Below are positions 24,401 to 36,796 of a stretch of DNA of 44,442 bases, piece by piece. Every line of letters starts with the position of its first letter. Within the stretch, counting starts at the first letter, position 1. The translations under genes were made by a program, and so were the position numbers. Origin of the DNA: Octopus bimaculoides (Eukaryota); contig NC_068987.1 of assembly GCF_001194135.2 (NCBI RefSeq), positions 26,346,438 through 26,390,879 on the forward strand. Direction: 5' to 3'. Below the pieces are notes generated by a model that made no database searches, was not told the DNA's origin, and worked only from the letters and a program-made list of their open reading frames with translations.

Positions 24401-24836
24401 ACGTTTTAAATATATTCTATGTTCCTCCCGTATTGCTGTCAACTTGGTATTAAATCATTCTAGAATCGATAAAATAAATAGCAGTACTGTATATTGGTTT
24501 CTATTCAATCGACCACGTTTCATTGCTGCAATTTTAGAATGAAATATAGATTTATTACCTTACAAGTTAAAAAAATAACAAAACAATAATGTTTTATGAA
24601 ATTGTCCCGCGGCAAGGTTGCTTATTATTTCTAACTATGGTTCTAGACGAAGGTATATAGAAAAGAAAGGGTATATATGATGAGTGTATCGGTTCCATTA
24701 TCAGCATTGGTAGTTATTGTGTAGACCATTGGCAGATGAAAAGCAAAGCATGACGGAATAGTTACATCTGAAACATTTTTGATCGATCATTTTTGATCGA
24801 AAATGGTCAATCAGGAATCATCTAAGGAAGCACTAG

Positions 24837-24851
24837 TTGCTGCTGCTGCTG

Positions 24852-24905
<54 letters not shown>
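24837..24905. repeat. (CTG)/(CTA)n microsatellite
   Basis: Directly visible. Confidence 0.95.
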
Positions 24906-25762
24906 GATAACGTAGTATTGTAATGTGTTTAGTACTGTCCTTTTGGTTCCCTAAATTTTACAACTCTTTTTTGTTCTCGCAATAATATCAGATTAATGTT
25001 GAAAGTTGATTAGTCGTTACTTGTGGATTTCATTAATATTTTTATGGTTTACAAAGTGGTTTCCTTAGCCTTTCTACGCCCTCCTAGATTGTAGACGAGG
25101 GACATTTGAGTAAGGTTATTGTGGTTCACTGACTTGTGTAATTTAGCAGATTGTCGATCGATTTGGAGATTTTTATAGCTGACATTTACTGAAAATATCA
25201 TCTTATTTGATGATCAACGGATTAAAAAATATCTTTTTTTAATTCTTTTCTAGAGATATGAGAAGTAAAGAAAAGACTATCATTTCTGAATAACACATCT
25301 CTTTTTGCCGAATCTTTATCACCTGTTATGACACTGTCAGTTAATATGTCAAAATTACCATAATTTTTCAATGAATTCATTTCTCCCAAGAAACCTGACT
25401 AGGATTTCGTTTCATATCAGAAGTTCTGAAATCTGGTTAACTTATCTTTTATATAATTGAAAATATATTTCCCCTTATACCAAAATTGTCAGTTTTGGTC
25501 AAATTTGATATTATCTATCAATCTTTCATATTTGAATTAGGTCTATCATTTAGCTGATTAATATATTTTTACAGTATTCTCAATTCGAGACGCAAGGGTA
25601 ATATTCATTTCTTTTAGCAGTTATTACAAGGCTTATGACATCATTGCAGTTTATTTTCAGTTTGTTTTTGTGCTTGTTAGTATCTCAAAACCAAATTGAG
25701 AAAGAAGCAAGGAAAAAATAGACAGCATTTCAGTTCTGTGGTTAAGGTTTTGGCAACAAGAA

Positions 25763-25773
25763 GAGAGAAAAAT

Positions 25774-25816
<43 letters not shown>

Positions 25817-25880
25817 GAGGGGGAAAGAAAGGGAGAAAGGGAGAGAGAGAGAGAGTGAGAGAGAGAGTGTGTGAGTCTGT
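25763..25880. repeat. (GA)n purine-rich microsatellite
   Basis: Directly visible. Confidence 0.93.
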
Positions 25881-26028
25881 GAAAGAAATGAGGGAATAGA
25901 CAAGAAGCTAGATATAAAGATATAGGTAGATAGACTGATAGACAGAGAGAAAAGGGGAAAGAGAGAGCAGAATACTGGAATATAAAGTTGAAATACAGAG
26001 TAGTTATCGGTTCAAATATGCTTGAGGT

Positions 26029-26240
26029 ATATACGAGCCCGTAAGAAAGTCATTCAAAGTGTTTTGTCACGGAGAAAATTTTTCGCTGTTGACAAAGTAG
26101 TGTAAATACACTGAATTAGCTCTCAGCACCACCTGACTAGTCTGTGGAATGCATGCTTGTCGGAGTATTTATCTCCTCTTCAGGCATAGAACCCGGACAA
26201 AGTGGTGCTACGAGTTGATACGAGAAACCATGTCTGAAAG
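26029..26240 (+). repeat. dispersed repeat X, copy 3 (possible mariner-like terminus TA-CGAG..AAAGT)
   Basis: GTTTTGTCACGGAGAA..TGTTGACAAA..ATACAC..AGCTC.CAGC.CCA.CT.CT shared with 2310-2400. Confidence 0.6.
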
Positions 26241-26282
26241 TTGAAAGTTTCTACGTTTGATACTCGTGTGAAGAGATGAAAT

Positions 26283-26494
26283 AAGGCAGCGGGCTGAAAG
26301 AATCGTTAGCACAGGCAAGTTGCTTAGTGGTATTTCGTCCGTCTTTACGCTCTGAGTTCAAATCTTACCGAGGTCGATTTTAGATCTCATCCCTTTCAGG
26401 GAGGATAAGATAAGCACCAGTTGATTAGTGGGGTTGATGTAATTGACTTACCTTCTCCCACTAAATTACTGACTTTGTACCAAAATTAGAAACC
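26283..26494 (+). mobile_element. SINE family A, full length (TTGAAACC-tail subtype)
   Basis: AAGGCAGCGGGCTG..GAATCGTTAGCA..GAGTTCAAAT (B box)..CCAAAATTAGAAACC. Confidence 0.85.
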
Positions 26495-26535
26495 ATTTGT
26501 AAAGATCAATTAGAATTATGATATGCAGAGTGAAG

Positions 26536-26826
26536 GGACGTGCCTTAGTGGTTAGAATATTCCGCTCACGACGGTAAGTTTGTGAGTTCGATTCCAGGCA
26601 GTGCATTATATCCTCGAGTAAGGCACTTTATTTTACAATGCTCCAGTCCAATAAGCTGGCAAAAATAAGTTGTACCTGTATTTCAAAGGACAGCCTTGTC
26701 ACATTCTATGTCACGCCGAATCCCCCTGTGCCTGTGGAGTGTGCAACCATTTTCAGGTTAATTTAATGAGAAAGCTGCTCTGTTGATTGGATCAATTGCA
26801 ATCCACGTCATCATGACCTGCGCATT
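26536..26826 (+). mobile_element. SINE family C with tRNA-like head
   Basis: TGCCTTAGTGGTTAG (A box) and GAGTTCGATTCC (B box), followed by a CCTCGAGTAAGGCACTT CORE-like segment. Body matches 9880-10097. Confidence 0.8.
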
Positions 26827-26834
26827 ACCCCTTA

Positions 26835-27290
26835 TGTAATGCAATGTGATGTAGCAATATGCATAAAACGAGGTGGTAATGTTTTGTGGCGATATGTTGT
26901 ACTAAGGCCCTGTTACAAGGTGTTGTAGCTATATTGTGGTAATGAACTCTACCTACGTAATCTTGTAATGTGCTGAGGTAGTGCGTTGTAGAAGTCGCTT
27001 AATGTAATATGATGCTAAGGTTCGGTAGTAATGTACTGCGGTAGTTTTCTGAAACAGTGTGCTGTAAAATGTATTGTACTAAGAAGCTGTAGTAATATCT
27101 TAAGCCAATATTTTATGATAGTGTTCTCTATTACTATTCTGTTGTAATGTGCTATGGTAAGATGTTGAGCGAGAATTTACTGTTGTGTGATGATTTATTG
27201 TGCTAAAGGGCTGCTGTAATGTATTGTGTCTAGACGCTGTGATAAGGTGATTGTGTAATGTGGGATAATGCGAAACAAGTAAACTGTGGT
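26835..27290. repeat. degenerate TG-rich minisatellite (TTGTrCTAAG..GTAATGT motifs)
   Basis: Recurrent motifs and strong G/T strand skew. Confidence 0.55.
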
Positions 27291-27711
27291 AGTATGGTTA
27301 AAGAAAGTGTTATTAGATCGTACAGTTAAATTAAGCGAATGTACTGAATGATTTTTTCTTAAGGAAATATACTGAATACAACAAGGGCGATTCCTTTTGG
27401 CTACGAACTATTAACATATAATGTGGGAGAACAGATATAGTTTCTATTATATTCCTGATGTTTTATTTTGTCGACTGTAGAAAGATAGGAAAGGTAATAT
27501 TAACATGAATGATTTAGTTGAGCACAACAACATACTGTAATGCATTTAGCTTGGCTCTTATCGTTTCTGCCAACCTTGGACCTTATTCTATAGGGTTATA
27601 TTTGTTTCATCTTCAAAGTTTAACAAAGTAATATCTTAGAGTGGCACATTACAATACATTTTGGGTGTTAGGTTTCGATGTAGCTGTGTAACTCAATCTT
27701 ATTCAAATTTT

Positions 27712-27820
27712 ACTGGTATTTATTTTTATCAACTCACGCAAAGGCAAATTATTTCCAGCAGGATTTGAACCACAGCAATGTTAAAAACTGCAAGGAATTT
27801 GTTCGACGTTTCTCTGATCG
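27712..27820 (-). mobile_element. very old SINE family A fragment
   Basis: ACTGGTATTTATTTTTATC..AAAGGCAAA..GGATTTGAAC. Confidence 0.4.
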
Positions 27821-28104
27821 TGCCATCAAACACACTAAAAAACCACAACGCATTATTTCGGTGACCCACTGATTATGCTACCAATTACGTTAGACATAAA
27901 AGGAATTTGTTCAACGCTACATTGATTGTGCCACGAGCAACATAATCAAACCCGTAAACTCCATCACAAAGAGAAGTAGAAATATATACTTATGCAATTA
28001 ATTGATCTTACATATTATCCTCATCTTAATTCCTTTCTTGTTCGATTCAATCTGTAGGAGAGCAGCTACACTAAATTGAGTGTCACTTCGGTAGGACAGC
28101 AGAA

Positions 28105-28200
28105 TATAATTTTGTTAATCTTAATGGAGGAAAAGTAAAGTTTATTTTTGCGGAATTTGAACTCAGAACCTAAAAACACGTAACTAGAACGGTAAGAGAT
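28105..28200 (-). mobile_element. very old SINE family A fragment
   Basis: GCGGAATTTGAACTCAGAAC core. Confidence 0.4.
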
Positions 28201-29659
28201 TCCTATAATTTCCCATTTCTGCCACACAACCACCACCTTTTAAAATTAACCTTAATCAACTTTGTGCCTGTGAATTATTTAATTACGATCCTCTAAGTGT
28301 TATCTTCAAACAGCACCATATTTAACCTTGTTTTGTTTGGACTTAATCAAATAAGTAACAGCAGTGTGTCGGTGTCGAAGTAATCAAACAATGCATCTTC
28401 GTTACAAATGTGTGGCATGGTACAAAAAATAGCTCTTACCACCGGGGCAACTTTTACCATAAGCGTTTCATTTGAAAGTGTGTATCTTCTCTCACAATAC
28501 ACATTATATGCATGAACATGTTTTTTTTCCTAATAAACTAATACATGAAATGGCTCCCAACATATTTATATAAGCACTAATTAATGCTGCTTTGTGTGAT
28601 GTCTAATTTTAATGTTGTCATTTCATGCCCTTATTGCAATATAAGTTCCTTAATTAATTTCGCTTGTACAGGATTTTCGCTGAATGTAGTGTCTTTCAGT
28701 TACTTTACTAAATGGCAAGTGTAAATGGAGACAGACCGAATTAATATACACATCCGTCTTCCCATTAGCATCAAATCCTGTGATAGAAAACAGTCTTATA
28801 ATTAAATAAAGTATAAACTCATAGCACAGTAATTTCTATGACCTCTTATAACGACATGCTTGTCATCTTAAGTTAGCATTCTTAGAAATAATATTTCATT
28901 TCTGTTATATATTTCCTCTCTTCCTCCTCCTCTCTCTCTCATTCCCTCTCTTCCTCTCTCTATTTAACTTGCTTCGTTTATTAATGTTAACTTTCATTCC
29001 ACGTCTCATCTTTATCAGAGTTTTAAGAATTCTTCTTTCAGTCAACAATATCATTACTTTTATAATCAATATATTATGCTTCATTCCTTTAAAATGTATC
29101 CCACTTTGTTCCATTCATTACTTTTATTTTTATCTTTTATTTATTTTTTTCCATATCACTTAACCAAACACGTAAACTCTACCGCACAAACACACATGCC
29201 TACTGGCCAATCGACTGACGTTGCATATTTTCCTCATTTCACTTCCCTCCTTGTTGGTCACGTATCTTTGCTTTTTCTCACTCAACCGTAGTCTTTTTAA
29301 CTGTATTTCTTTTGCGTGTTTGTCACGCGAGCTATTGCAGTGATTAAACTGTTGCATTTATTTTTTTTAAAGATTTAATTTTATATTTTTGCTTTTATCC
29401 AAACAAATTTTCTCTCTCTAGCGTCTATAGTCTTAAACGATCTGATAAACCGCTCAATCGAAAGAGCAAAGTATCTTCTTTAGTTACAAAGGAATAACTC
29501 TTCGGATTAAATATTGGTTTTTTGCCTGCCATCTAATGGATGTAATGTGTAATGGGACTATGAACGATGAAGTGTATTAAATAGAAATGGCTACAGACAA
29601 ATTAGGGAATCACGTAAACTGAACTACAAAGATATCTACACATTCTGGAATTATATTGC

Positions 29660-29694
29660 TACTATTATCATCATCATTATTATTATCATTTTTA

Positions 29695-29725
<31 letters not shown>

Positions 29726-29760
29726 GAGTAGTAGTAGTAACAGTAGTAGTAGTGTAGTAA
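29660..29760. repeat. (ATC/ATT)n(GTA)n microsatellite
   Basis: Directly visible. Confidence 0.9.
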
Positions 29761-31934
29761 CACAAATAGTAGCATTATTGTGGTTGCTGTTATTGCTGTT
29801 GATGTAATTTTTTTATTGTTAAAATAATTACTACCATCAGCATCGAGACGGCTTCATTTCTCCACAAATTTGTTCGGTCATGAATTTACTGTGATACTCA
29901 ATCTGCATTGTACGTGATATATACTTCTCTAAGAGTAATGCATTTATGATATTTGATTCTATTTATATAGATACAGCGCGTTCATTCGGATAACACTCAA
30001 CGAGTTTTCATCAACCATTTCAACTCTCAATTCAAAAACATCACTGACATCTATCTGTGGTGTAATTCCATCATTCACAGAAGTCAATAAAAATGAAATA
30101 ATAGCAAGTTTTAAGCTATTTCAATTCATCTAGAATATGATTGGTTGAAGTGAAATTTCAGTTATAAACTGGACACGAGCCAATATTTTTTTATTGCAGA
30201 AATCACTGTGCTAACGCAACAGTAAATGATGAAAAAAAAGCTCTTTTGAATAAATGAAATCCTATTTTATGTGCCTAACATTGATTGACCTCACCCACAC
30301 ACAGCTGGATGATTTTAAGTCTATTGTTATGTTTCAAACCTTTGCCTCTCAGATAATTGAAAGTGAACAAACAAATCATGTCACGTTCACTCCCCTCTAC
30401 TTTAGATATAGAGGAATAGGAAAATATCATTTCAACCTACAGAGTAAGAGTAAAAATAAAATCACACACCAGAAAAAAAAAAGAAAATTTATATTGACAT
30501 GAGACTAGTAGAAATAGTGATGTTTTAACTGCTTTAAGTACTTAGTACCTTATTTTATTAAATATTAAATGGTTTATAGCATTAATATTTTAAAGAATTA
30601 TTATATACTGTTATTAATGTAATCGACATTATTTCTCCCGTACATCGATTGTACAAATATGAGAAATATCGATTTGCGTCTCATATATTTAGGGTTTTTA
30701 TTCTATTGTCCGGTGCTCAAATCTTACTGATATTACCTTTGAATTTTATTCTTCTGGAGTTGTTTAGCCTATGTTAGCCTTGTTCCAGTAAACCTATTCA
30801 ACTGTGTTTCAGGCTCCGGGAATAAATGGCACATCTTCTCGAGTATTCGAAATACATTAAACAATGCATCTCAGAATATATTAAATAACTTTTAAGATGG
30901 TGCAGAGTAAGTAAATTGAGGGAAAAATTAAGCAGCTATTTCTTAACGACTTAAAGATTGTAGGAGACGCGTTTCGTTATCTTAATCTAGTTTTATATAA
31001 ATGCAAGTATATTTGATCTTTCTGCATCGAGCAGATGGAACATGGCCGGGTGAAATGGAGATGAGAAACGCAATGGCTGAATGAGTCCATCTCTCTATGT
31101 GGAAACTACGAGGTGCAGGATGTAATTCAACGCTATAAACGTTCTCGCAACTATAAGAAATTGATGTAGATTATCGGTTTAATGTATTGAGTACAATTTC
31201 TCTTGTCTGATGATTTGAGATAGTATCCTACTGAGTGTGAGATGTTTTATTTTCATTGTCCGATGCCGCACAAACCGGAAATGGTCATTGGCAGAATGAA
31301 CTGTATAGACGTGTGCAGCAGTTCAATAAGCTAGGAAAGAAACCGAAACCGGGAATATTATAAATTGAGTTGATGAGTATACATAAGCGAAAGAGCTGTT
31401 GACCCAGTTTACTTGAGTGGTCGGCCTCGATGCATTTTCGTAATGGTAGTATTTATTTAGAAATATTTCTAAGTAGCCTAAAGTCCAACAGAAAATTTAG
31501 AAATTGATTTTGGAATAGGAGGTGATACTTAATCAAAACACATTATCATTGGTATTTATCGAGTGATATTTAAACCAAGACTTGTACTGGATCGTGTTGG
31601 GGGTTCTATCTAAAATATTACTGAAATACAGTAGCTAGATAGTTAATTGTAAAATATAAGTATGGATTAGTTACTACGGATGTTGAGAGATAATTCACTG
31701 TAAATACTACTGGAAATACCATATGTATTAGTACAATAGACTATTTTGCGAGTGCTAAGTGACTAAACAATTATATTGAAGACAGAAAATAGTGTAGTTA
31801 AAATAAGAGATAATCTGTTGCGAAACAGACAACGTGACTGCCTAGTAAATGATAATATGCAGTTTGAATTCTATCGTTGAGGCTGTTAATGTTTTCTGCA
31901 GCTGACATTGATATTTGTTATATCAAAGATTATT

Positions 31935-32100
31935 ATCGCATGGTGCAGAAGACTTATGATCAAAGATATCTCAGCCTCGATCTAGCAGTCTTTGGTATAG
32001 AAATATCCACCCGTCTTTAAACAGATGTTAGATTATAAATTCGAAGGAATTTGGCTGGTATTTCTTGCAGGTTATTCGATCACATAGTGACTCAATTCTG
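31935..32100. repeat. old interspersed repeat fragment (family E); probable relatives at 30765-30965 and 13142-13172
   Basis: Shared short motifs TGATCAAAG and G-A-A-T-T..GC.G.TATTTCTT. Weak similarity. Confidence 0.3.
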
Positions 32101-32604
32101 GGAGGGTATAATGTTCTTTTAGCTTAGGTGACATAACTAATTAGGTAAAATCGATAGAGTTAATGTTAAAAATATTCGAATGTGGGTAAAGCAAAAACCG
32201 ACTGACTGTGTTGATAGTCGGCGCACAGCCACGAAAGTTTATTTTCAACAAACTGTTGTCTAGAGTGGCATTTCTGGAGAGGAGCGTCTGGGTAGACTAC
32301 TACTACTACTACTACTACTACTACGTAATCTGTGTGCTCTGTATAAGTATTTAAAGGATGACATATAGCAAAATCATTATTACACAATTCAGTTATAGAT
32401 GTATTATATGTTAAATTTATATGAAAGCTTGATGTCAAAATGAAGTGTTAACATTTCATAATATTTCTTTTGTATGTTATTTCGTAAATGAAAAGAAAAA
32501 AAAATATTGTAGGCGGATATATATCTCTGGAATTGTTTAAATGCCAAGAACACAATTTCGTTCCTGTTATCATGGAGATTAATGGGAATGGATACAATTA
32601 TAAT

Positions 32605-32817
32605 CTTTTCTACTAAAGGTTCATGGCCTGAAATTTGGATGCAGGATCTAGTCAATTACATCGAGGCCCGTGCTCTGCTGGTACTTATATTATTGAGCAT
32701 CTAAGGATGAAAGGCAAAGTCGACCACGGCAGAATTTGAGATTAGAACGTAAAGACGGAAGAAATGCCGCTAAGCATTTTATCCGGCATATTCACGATTC
32801 TGGTATCTCACCGCCTT
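32605..32817 (-). mobile_element. SINE family A, array 1 copy 1
   Basis: Full body; GTAGAAA-type tail. Confidence 0.88.
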
Positions 32818-32859
32818 AGATATAATAATAAGAACAACAATAGTAATAATAATAATAAT

Positions 32860-33057
32860 CCTTTCTACTGGAGGCACAAGGCCTCCAATTTGTGGGGTGA
32901 GGACTAGTCGATTATATCAAATCCAGTGTTTCACTGGTACTTAATTTATCTATTCCGAAGGATGAAAGGCAAAGTCGACTTCGGTGGTATTTGAACTCAG
33001 CGGGTGGTGCTAAGTAATTTGTCAGACGTGCTAACGATTCTGTCTGCACGCTGCCTT
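32860..33057 (-). mobile_element. SINE family A, array 1 copy 2
   Basis: Full body with a small deletion; GTAGAAA-type tail. Confidence 0.88.
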
Positions 33058-33104
33058 ACTACTACTACTACTACTACTAATAATAATAATAATAATGATA
33101 ATCA

Positions 33105-33247
33105 TTTCTACTCTAGGCATACATCAACCCCAGTGGGGTGAAAGGCAAAGCCAACCTCGGTGGAATTTGTATTTAGATCATAAAGATGGACGAAATGCTG
33201 TCAAGCATTTGCTCGGTATGCTAACGATGCTGCTAGCTAACTGCCTT
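33105..33247 (-). mobile_element. SINE family A, array 1 copy 3 (internal deletions)
   Basis: Head and GTAGAAA-type tail present; body shortened. Confidence 0.85.
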
Positions 33248-33255
33248 ATAGAAAA

Positions 33256-33437
33256 GGTTTCAAGTTTTGGCACCAAGCCAGTAATTTTGGGGTAAGGGCC
33301 TAGTCGATTACATCGACTCCCGTAATCAACAGGTACGTATTTTATCGATCCCGAAAGAATGAAAGGTGAAGTCAACGTAAAGACGGCAAAATGTCGCTAA
33401 ACGTTTCGCTCTGTGTGCTAAAGTGTCTGGCAGTTCA
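33256..33437 (-). mobile_element. SINE family A, array 1 copy 4
   Basis: TTGAAACC-type tail; B-box region deleted. Confidence 0.85.
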
Positions 33438-33452
33438 ATAATAATAATGATA

Positions 33453-33660
33453 TTTTCTACTCTAGGCACAATGTCCGAAATTTTGGGGGAGGGTCCAGTC
33501 GATTAGATCAACCCCAGTAAGCAACTGGTACTTAATTTATCGACTCCGAAAGGATGAAAGGCAGAGTCGACCTCGGAGGAATTTGAACTCAGAACGTGAA
33601 GACGAAATTGTGTTTAGTATCTCGCCCGGTGTGCTAACGATTCTGCCAGTTCGCTGCCTT
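33453..33660 (-). mobile_element. SINE family A, array 1 copy 5
   Basis: Best-preserved copy of the array; GTAGAAA-type tail. Confidence 0.9.
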
Positions 33661-34299
33661 AATAATAGTAATAATAATAATAATAATGGAAAATATTTAG
33701 GTATTCAGTGACCAACTTTTGATTAAAATAGCCCTGAAAAAGTCTTATAATTGTTATCTGAATGGTTATCACGTCAGCGGAAATCCTCATTCAATGAGAA
33801 AATGAATGAACTCAGAACAACGGAAAATGGCTTCATTTAAGAGGACGTTCTCGCACTTAATGCGATTTATTATCACGCCATCAAATGCTGATTAAATAAT
33901 TCTTCTTTCTGTTTTTCGAAACGATTAAATATCTCCACTGACATGTTGAGGAGTGACAAAAGGAATGCTTCGTTATCAAAACTAGATGTGAAATAAGTGT
34001 GTATGCTTTATAGCTAAACTGAAGTAACTGTTTTATTTAGAAATCCAAAATACTTCTCTATAAAGTTTTTATATCCTTCTATACGTTGGATATCCAGATT
34101 TCACGATGCGGAGATAGTCACAACTCTCTTCACACGACGTACTTCAAACTACTCCACTAAAGAAGATAATCCAATAAATACAAACTCTCAACAACCTCAA
34201 CGGCTCCTACGACTTCTCCGTTGAAACAAAATCTTTACCGAATTTTTCCATTCGACCTTTTTTGTTTCGTACTGCAATGTGAGCTTTTATGTCCGATTC

Positions 34300-35200
34300 T
34301 TTTTTTTTACAGTTAAAACATTTAAAATTTTTAAACGGACAGTTATTTCTAAAATTCAGACCTCCGTACCCTTAGCATGGATTGGATCTTGATCTTCGAT
34401 TTTCTTTTTCCTTATCCGTTACAAGTCGACACGCATGTATGTAAGAGTAATCCTTTTTTTCGATTTTATTTGCGTTATGTCGAATATTAATAATTCTTTG
34501 ACATTTCTCTGCTACTGCTTGCAGAGTCAAATTCTGATCCTGTTCTAATTTTGTTAATATCCGGGCACGTATCTCTGCATCTTTGTTTGCAGTTAACTCT
34601 TGAATAAAAATTAGACATTTGAACATGTCCGAGGTTACTTCTTTTAGTTTGAATTTTTCGCCTTCTCTGTTGACGATTCCGGCATAGGTGACGAAATCTT
34701 CATCATCTGTTTTCACTAAATTCAAACACACTCAGCAAGTATTGAACAGGGAACTTCTCTCACTGAAAATTTTCGATAATTTAATTGTTTCATCAAAACA
34801 AATTACACATGGATTTTGGGGGAGATTGTAGTTACAATATTTTTCGTGTTCGGCAAGGGAAAATTTTCTTAAAAGTAGTCGTACCTTTTTCTTGCTCGTC
34901 CGATTTTTGTGTTCCTCTTTGAAGATTTCTTCATATCTTCAGAAACGTACAGAAAAAGTAATATCTTCTGGGTTAGAACTAAATTCTGAAATTGCGTTTG
35001 CTACGCCGTCAGCGGAGGACGAGCCTGAAGTATTTTCGGACTTCAACATTAATTCCAGAAATTGTTGTTGTAATTGCTGCTATAACTGTTGCAATTGCGC
35101 CACAGAATCTAATAAGTCTTCTATGTTAACTAATTTTTCTTTGATTTTGTATTAAAAGAAAATGTTAACGTATGTAAATTTCGAATAAACTCGTCGCCAC
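34300..35200 (-). mobile_element. Ty3/gypsy (K02A2.6/Mag-like) LTR retrotransposon 5' internal region: PBS plus gag remnant
   Basis: ORF 34372-34731 CLNLVKTDDEDFVTYAGIVNRE..FKCLIFIQ..AEIRARILTKLEQ. Upstream YEEIFKEE..KKVRLLLRK; downstream decayed CCHC-like (PC*GYGG..CPFKNFKCFNC). No RT or integrase seen. Confidence 0.8.
35190..35199 (-). other. primer-binding site TGGCGACGAG
   Basis: Sits just 5' of gag. Complementary to a tRNA 3' end ..CUCGUCGCCA (tRNA-Ser(GCU) as I recall it). Confidence 0.7.
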
Positions 35201-36584
35201 TTTTATAACAGTTCGGCTAGTCCATTCTTTCAATCCCACAGGGTTGTCAATAACATTTGCCAGAACAAACGCATGATTATTAGTATAATTTCATTTAGCC
35301 GGAATGAAATATTTTAAGACATAGTAGCCAGGGTTATGCTGAAATAAATATTGGTGAAAATATTATTTCATATAATTATTTTAATATCAACTACTTATAA
35401 TTGGAAGCTAAACACAGATATTAACTGTTTTATAGATGACAGAGAACCATTCATTAGAATATATTATCGAGCGATTATTAATCATTCCCTCATCAAACTG
35501 AAATTAAACCATCACCACATTGTTCTTGATAGCGTCTGTAGCTGGTTTAAAATATCAATTATGAGACATAGTGTATTTACTGATAGTTATGAGGAAACGA
35601 GGAAACGAAAATTCAAATAACATTATTTTTGATGCTATCAGAATCGTTGTACTATGGCTGATGGCTGAATCAATAAGAGAGCTGGAGTACTAAGTGAGGC
35701 AAAAGACTATCGTTTCATTTCATGCATAGTATATAACGATGTTTACACGATTGGTACCGAGCTATGTCAATGGCAAGAAACTTAATTCTCAATTATCAAA
35801 TTCAATTGATTTTAAACAGGAACCATATGTATTATGACTAACTACTATGAGAAACGGAATAATTACGGTTAACTGTTGAAGAAATTGGCTAATTAACACT
35901 TTATTTGTTTGCTGTGTTCAGCTGAAACTCCACTTTGAGATTTGTGTTATAAAAGAAGTGATCATACTACGTTTATGAGGCAACCAACAGATATGATCAT
36001 CACCACGTCACAAAATGAACCCAGTATGAATAAATGGAAATAAACGTTTGGAACTTTGACGTAATATTCTAAAATTCAAACAGAAAAATTTGTAATAATA
36101 ATACGAAGTCTGAGTAAAATAAAAAAGTACAAAAGACAAATTGCATTTTTATTTGTAGACGATAGCTCTCAAGACCTATAATCTACAAATACAGGTTTAC
36201 CTTTTGTTTCCAGTTTCTCATCATTGTGTTTTTAATACATTGTATACTACACATTATATCTACAGGTTTTAGTCTACACTAAGGAATATACATCTTTTCT
36301 TTGTATACAATATATTCATAGACAAAAATAGATTAGTCGAACGAGTTTTAATCTCGTGTTGTCATTTCATTAATGACTAAGTATTTTACTCTAGAGACAT
36401 TTCTTATAAACTAAGTGTTACAGAGAGCTGTAAAACTCATACATAGGTCTTATTCCTATTATTTGGCATTCTCAGTAGCTCCTTTGATTAAAATATTACC
36501 GAGGCATAAACACTTATTTCGTTTCTACACCTTTATTACTTCAGAGCCACTGATGAAATTCCAACATTGATCTGATACTAAACT

Positions 36585-36796
36585 TTTCTACTCTAGGCAC
36601 AATGCCCGAAACTTTTGGGGGAAGGGGACCAGTCAATTAGATCGACCCTTGTACGCAACTGGTACATAATTTATCGACCCCGAAAGGATGAAGGGCAAAG
36701 GTGACCTCGGTGGAATTTAAACTCAAAACATAAAGACAGAAGAAATACCACTAAGCATTTCGCCTGGTGTCCTATCGTTACTTCCAGCTCGCCGCC
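36585..36796 (-). mobile_element. SINE family A, full length, with 18-bp TSD
   Basis: Flanks TTGATCTGATACTAAACT (36567-36584) and TTGATCTGACACTAAACT (36797-36814). Confidence 0.92.

Noticed and set aside
24960-25480. Short protein-like minus-strand frames (e.g. GEMNSLKNYGNFDILTDSVITGDKDSAKR)
   Set aside because: Under 60 aa with no recognisable motif and no splice support.
26536-26610. tRNA-like A/B boxes (also at 7264-7340 and in SINE A heads)
   Set aside because: These are SINE heads without a complete cloverleaf, continuing into repeat bodies. Not tRNA genes.
28671-28725. Acceptor CTTGTACAG|G with frame FSLNVVSFSYFTKW
   Set aside because: No convincing GT donor before the stop (only GCAAGT); insufficient support.
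32605-33660. CRISPR-like periodicity of the SINE arrays
   Set aside because: Units are ~200-bp divergent SINEs with microsatellite spacers in eukaryotic DNA; no cas genes.
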